Positions 63,586 to 64,000 of a DNA stretch of 64,000 nucleotides are shown here, piece by piece (position 1 is the first letter of the stretch; each line of letters opens with the position of its first letter). The notes below the pieces were generated by a model. That model was not told the DNA's origin. It searched no databases and worked only from the letters and a program-made list of their open reading frames with translations. The DNA lies in contig JBHGNT010000011.1 of assembly GCA_043228905.1 (NCBI GenBank), positions 15,500,001-15,564,000 of the forward strand, in the 5' to 3' direction. Source of the DNA: Azolla caroliniana. Lineage: Eukaryota; Plantae; Polypodiophyta. Position numbers and translations under genes: made by a program.

Positions 63586-64000
63586 TGTTCAGCTATGTTG
63601 AAATGAAGTTTTCATTCTTGGGTTTTTTGTCTTCTTCTTCTGCTTCGGCTTCTTCTTCTTCTTCTTCTGCTTCTGCTTCTTCCTTCTTCTTCTTCTGCTT
63701 CTTCCTTCTTCTTCCTTCTTCTTCTTCTTCTTCTTCCTTCTTCTACTTCTACGTCTACTTCTACTTCTACTTCTACTTCAGCTTCACTTCTTGCTCCCAA
63801 ATACGCACTTCTTTTCTTCTACTTCTGCTTCAGCCCAAGCCCAACACGCACTTCAGAGTACCCCAGTACCACAATATATATACCTAGCTTTAATCAACGG
63901 CTCAGCTCAAGCCTAAACCGAACCGTTAAACCAGTTTTATAAATGGTTTGGAAGTTTGGCTGTTAGGTTCGGTTCGGTTCAGGCTTGAGTAATAGTCAAC

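Overview
AT-rich, intron-rich eukaryotic nuclear DNA from a land plant; the gene content and TE types suggest a fern or other non-seed plant (inference only). Host genes I could rebuild exon by exon are a conserved uncharacterised plant protein (-), plastid argJ (+, 16 exons), COX6B (-), a UND/U-box/ARM E3 ligase (+), a PATRONUS/securin-like gene (+), an alpha/beta-hydrolase (-) and a truncated SPPL-like gene (-). Mobile DNA includes a solo LTR with a 5-bp TSD, an RTEX-like LINE and a 5'-truncated L1 with a TSD. The highlight is a 9,058-bp DNA transposon (11086-20143; 36-bp TIRs, 4-bp TATT TSD) nested in LINE ORF2. It carries a Sola1-like transposase head-to-head with a spliced six-exon cargo gene that fuses a ParB/Srx-like domain to a bacterial/phage-type beta-class amino (N6-adenine or N4-cytosine) DNA methyltransferase. 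The first intron of that cargo gene holds six 25-bp palindromes at an exact 51-bp period. A tandem cluster of H/ACA RNAs predicted to guide U2 snRNA pseudouridine 44 lies near 60 kb. All calls come from manual reading; no database searches were run, so novelty is unverified.
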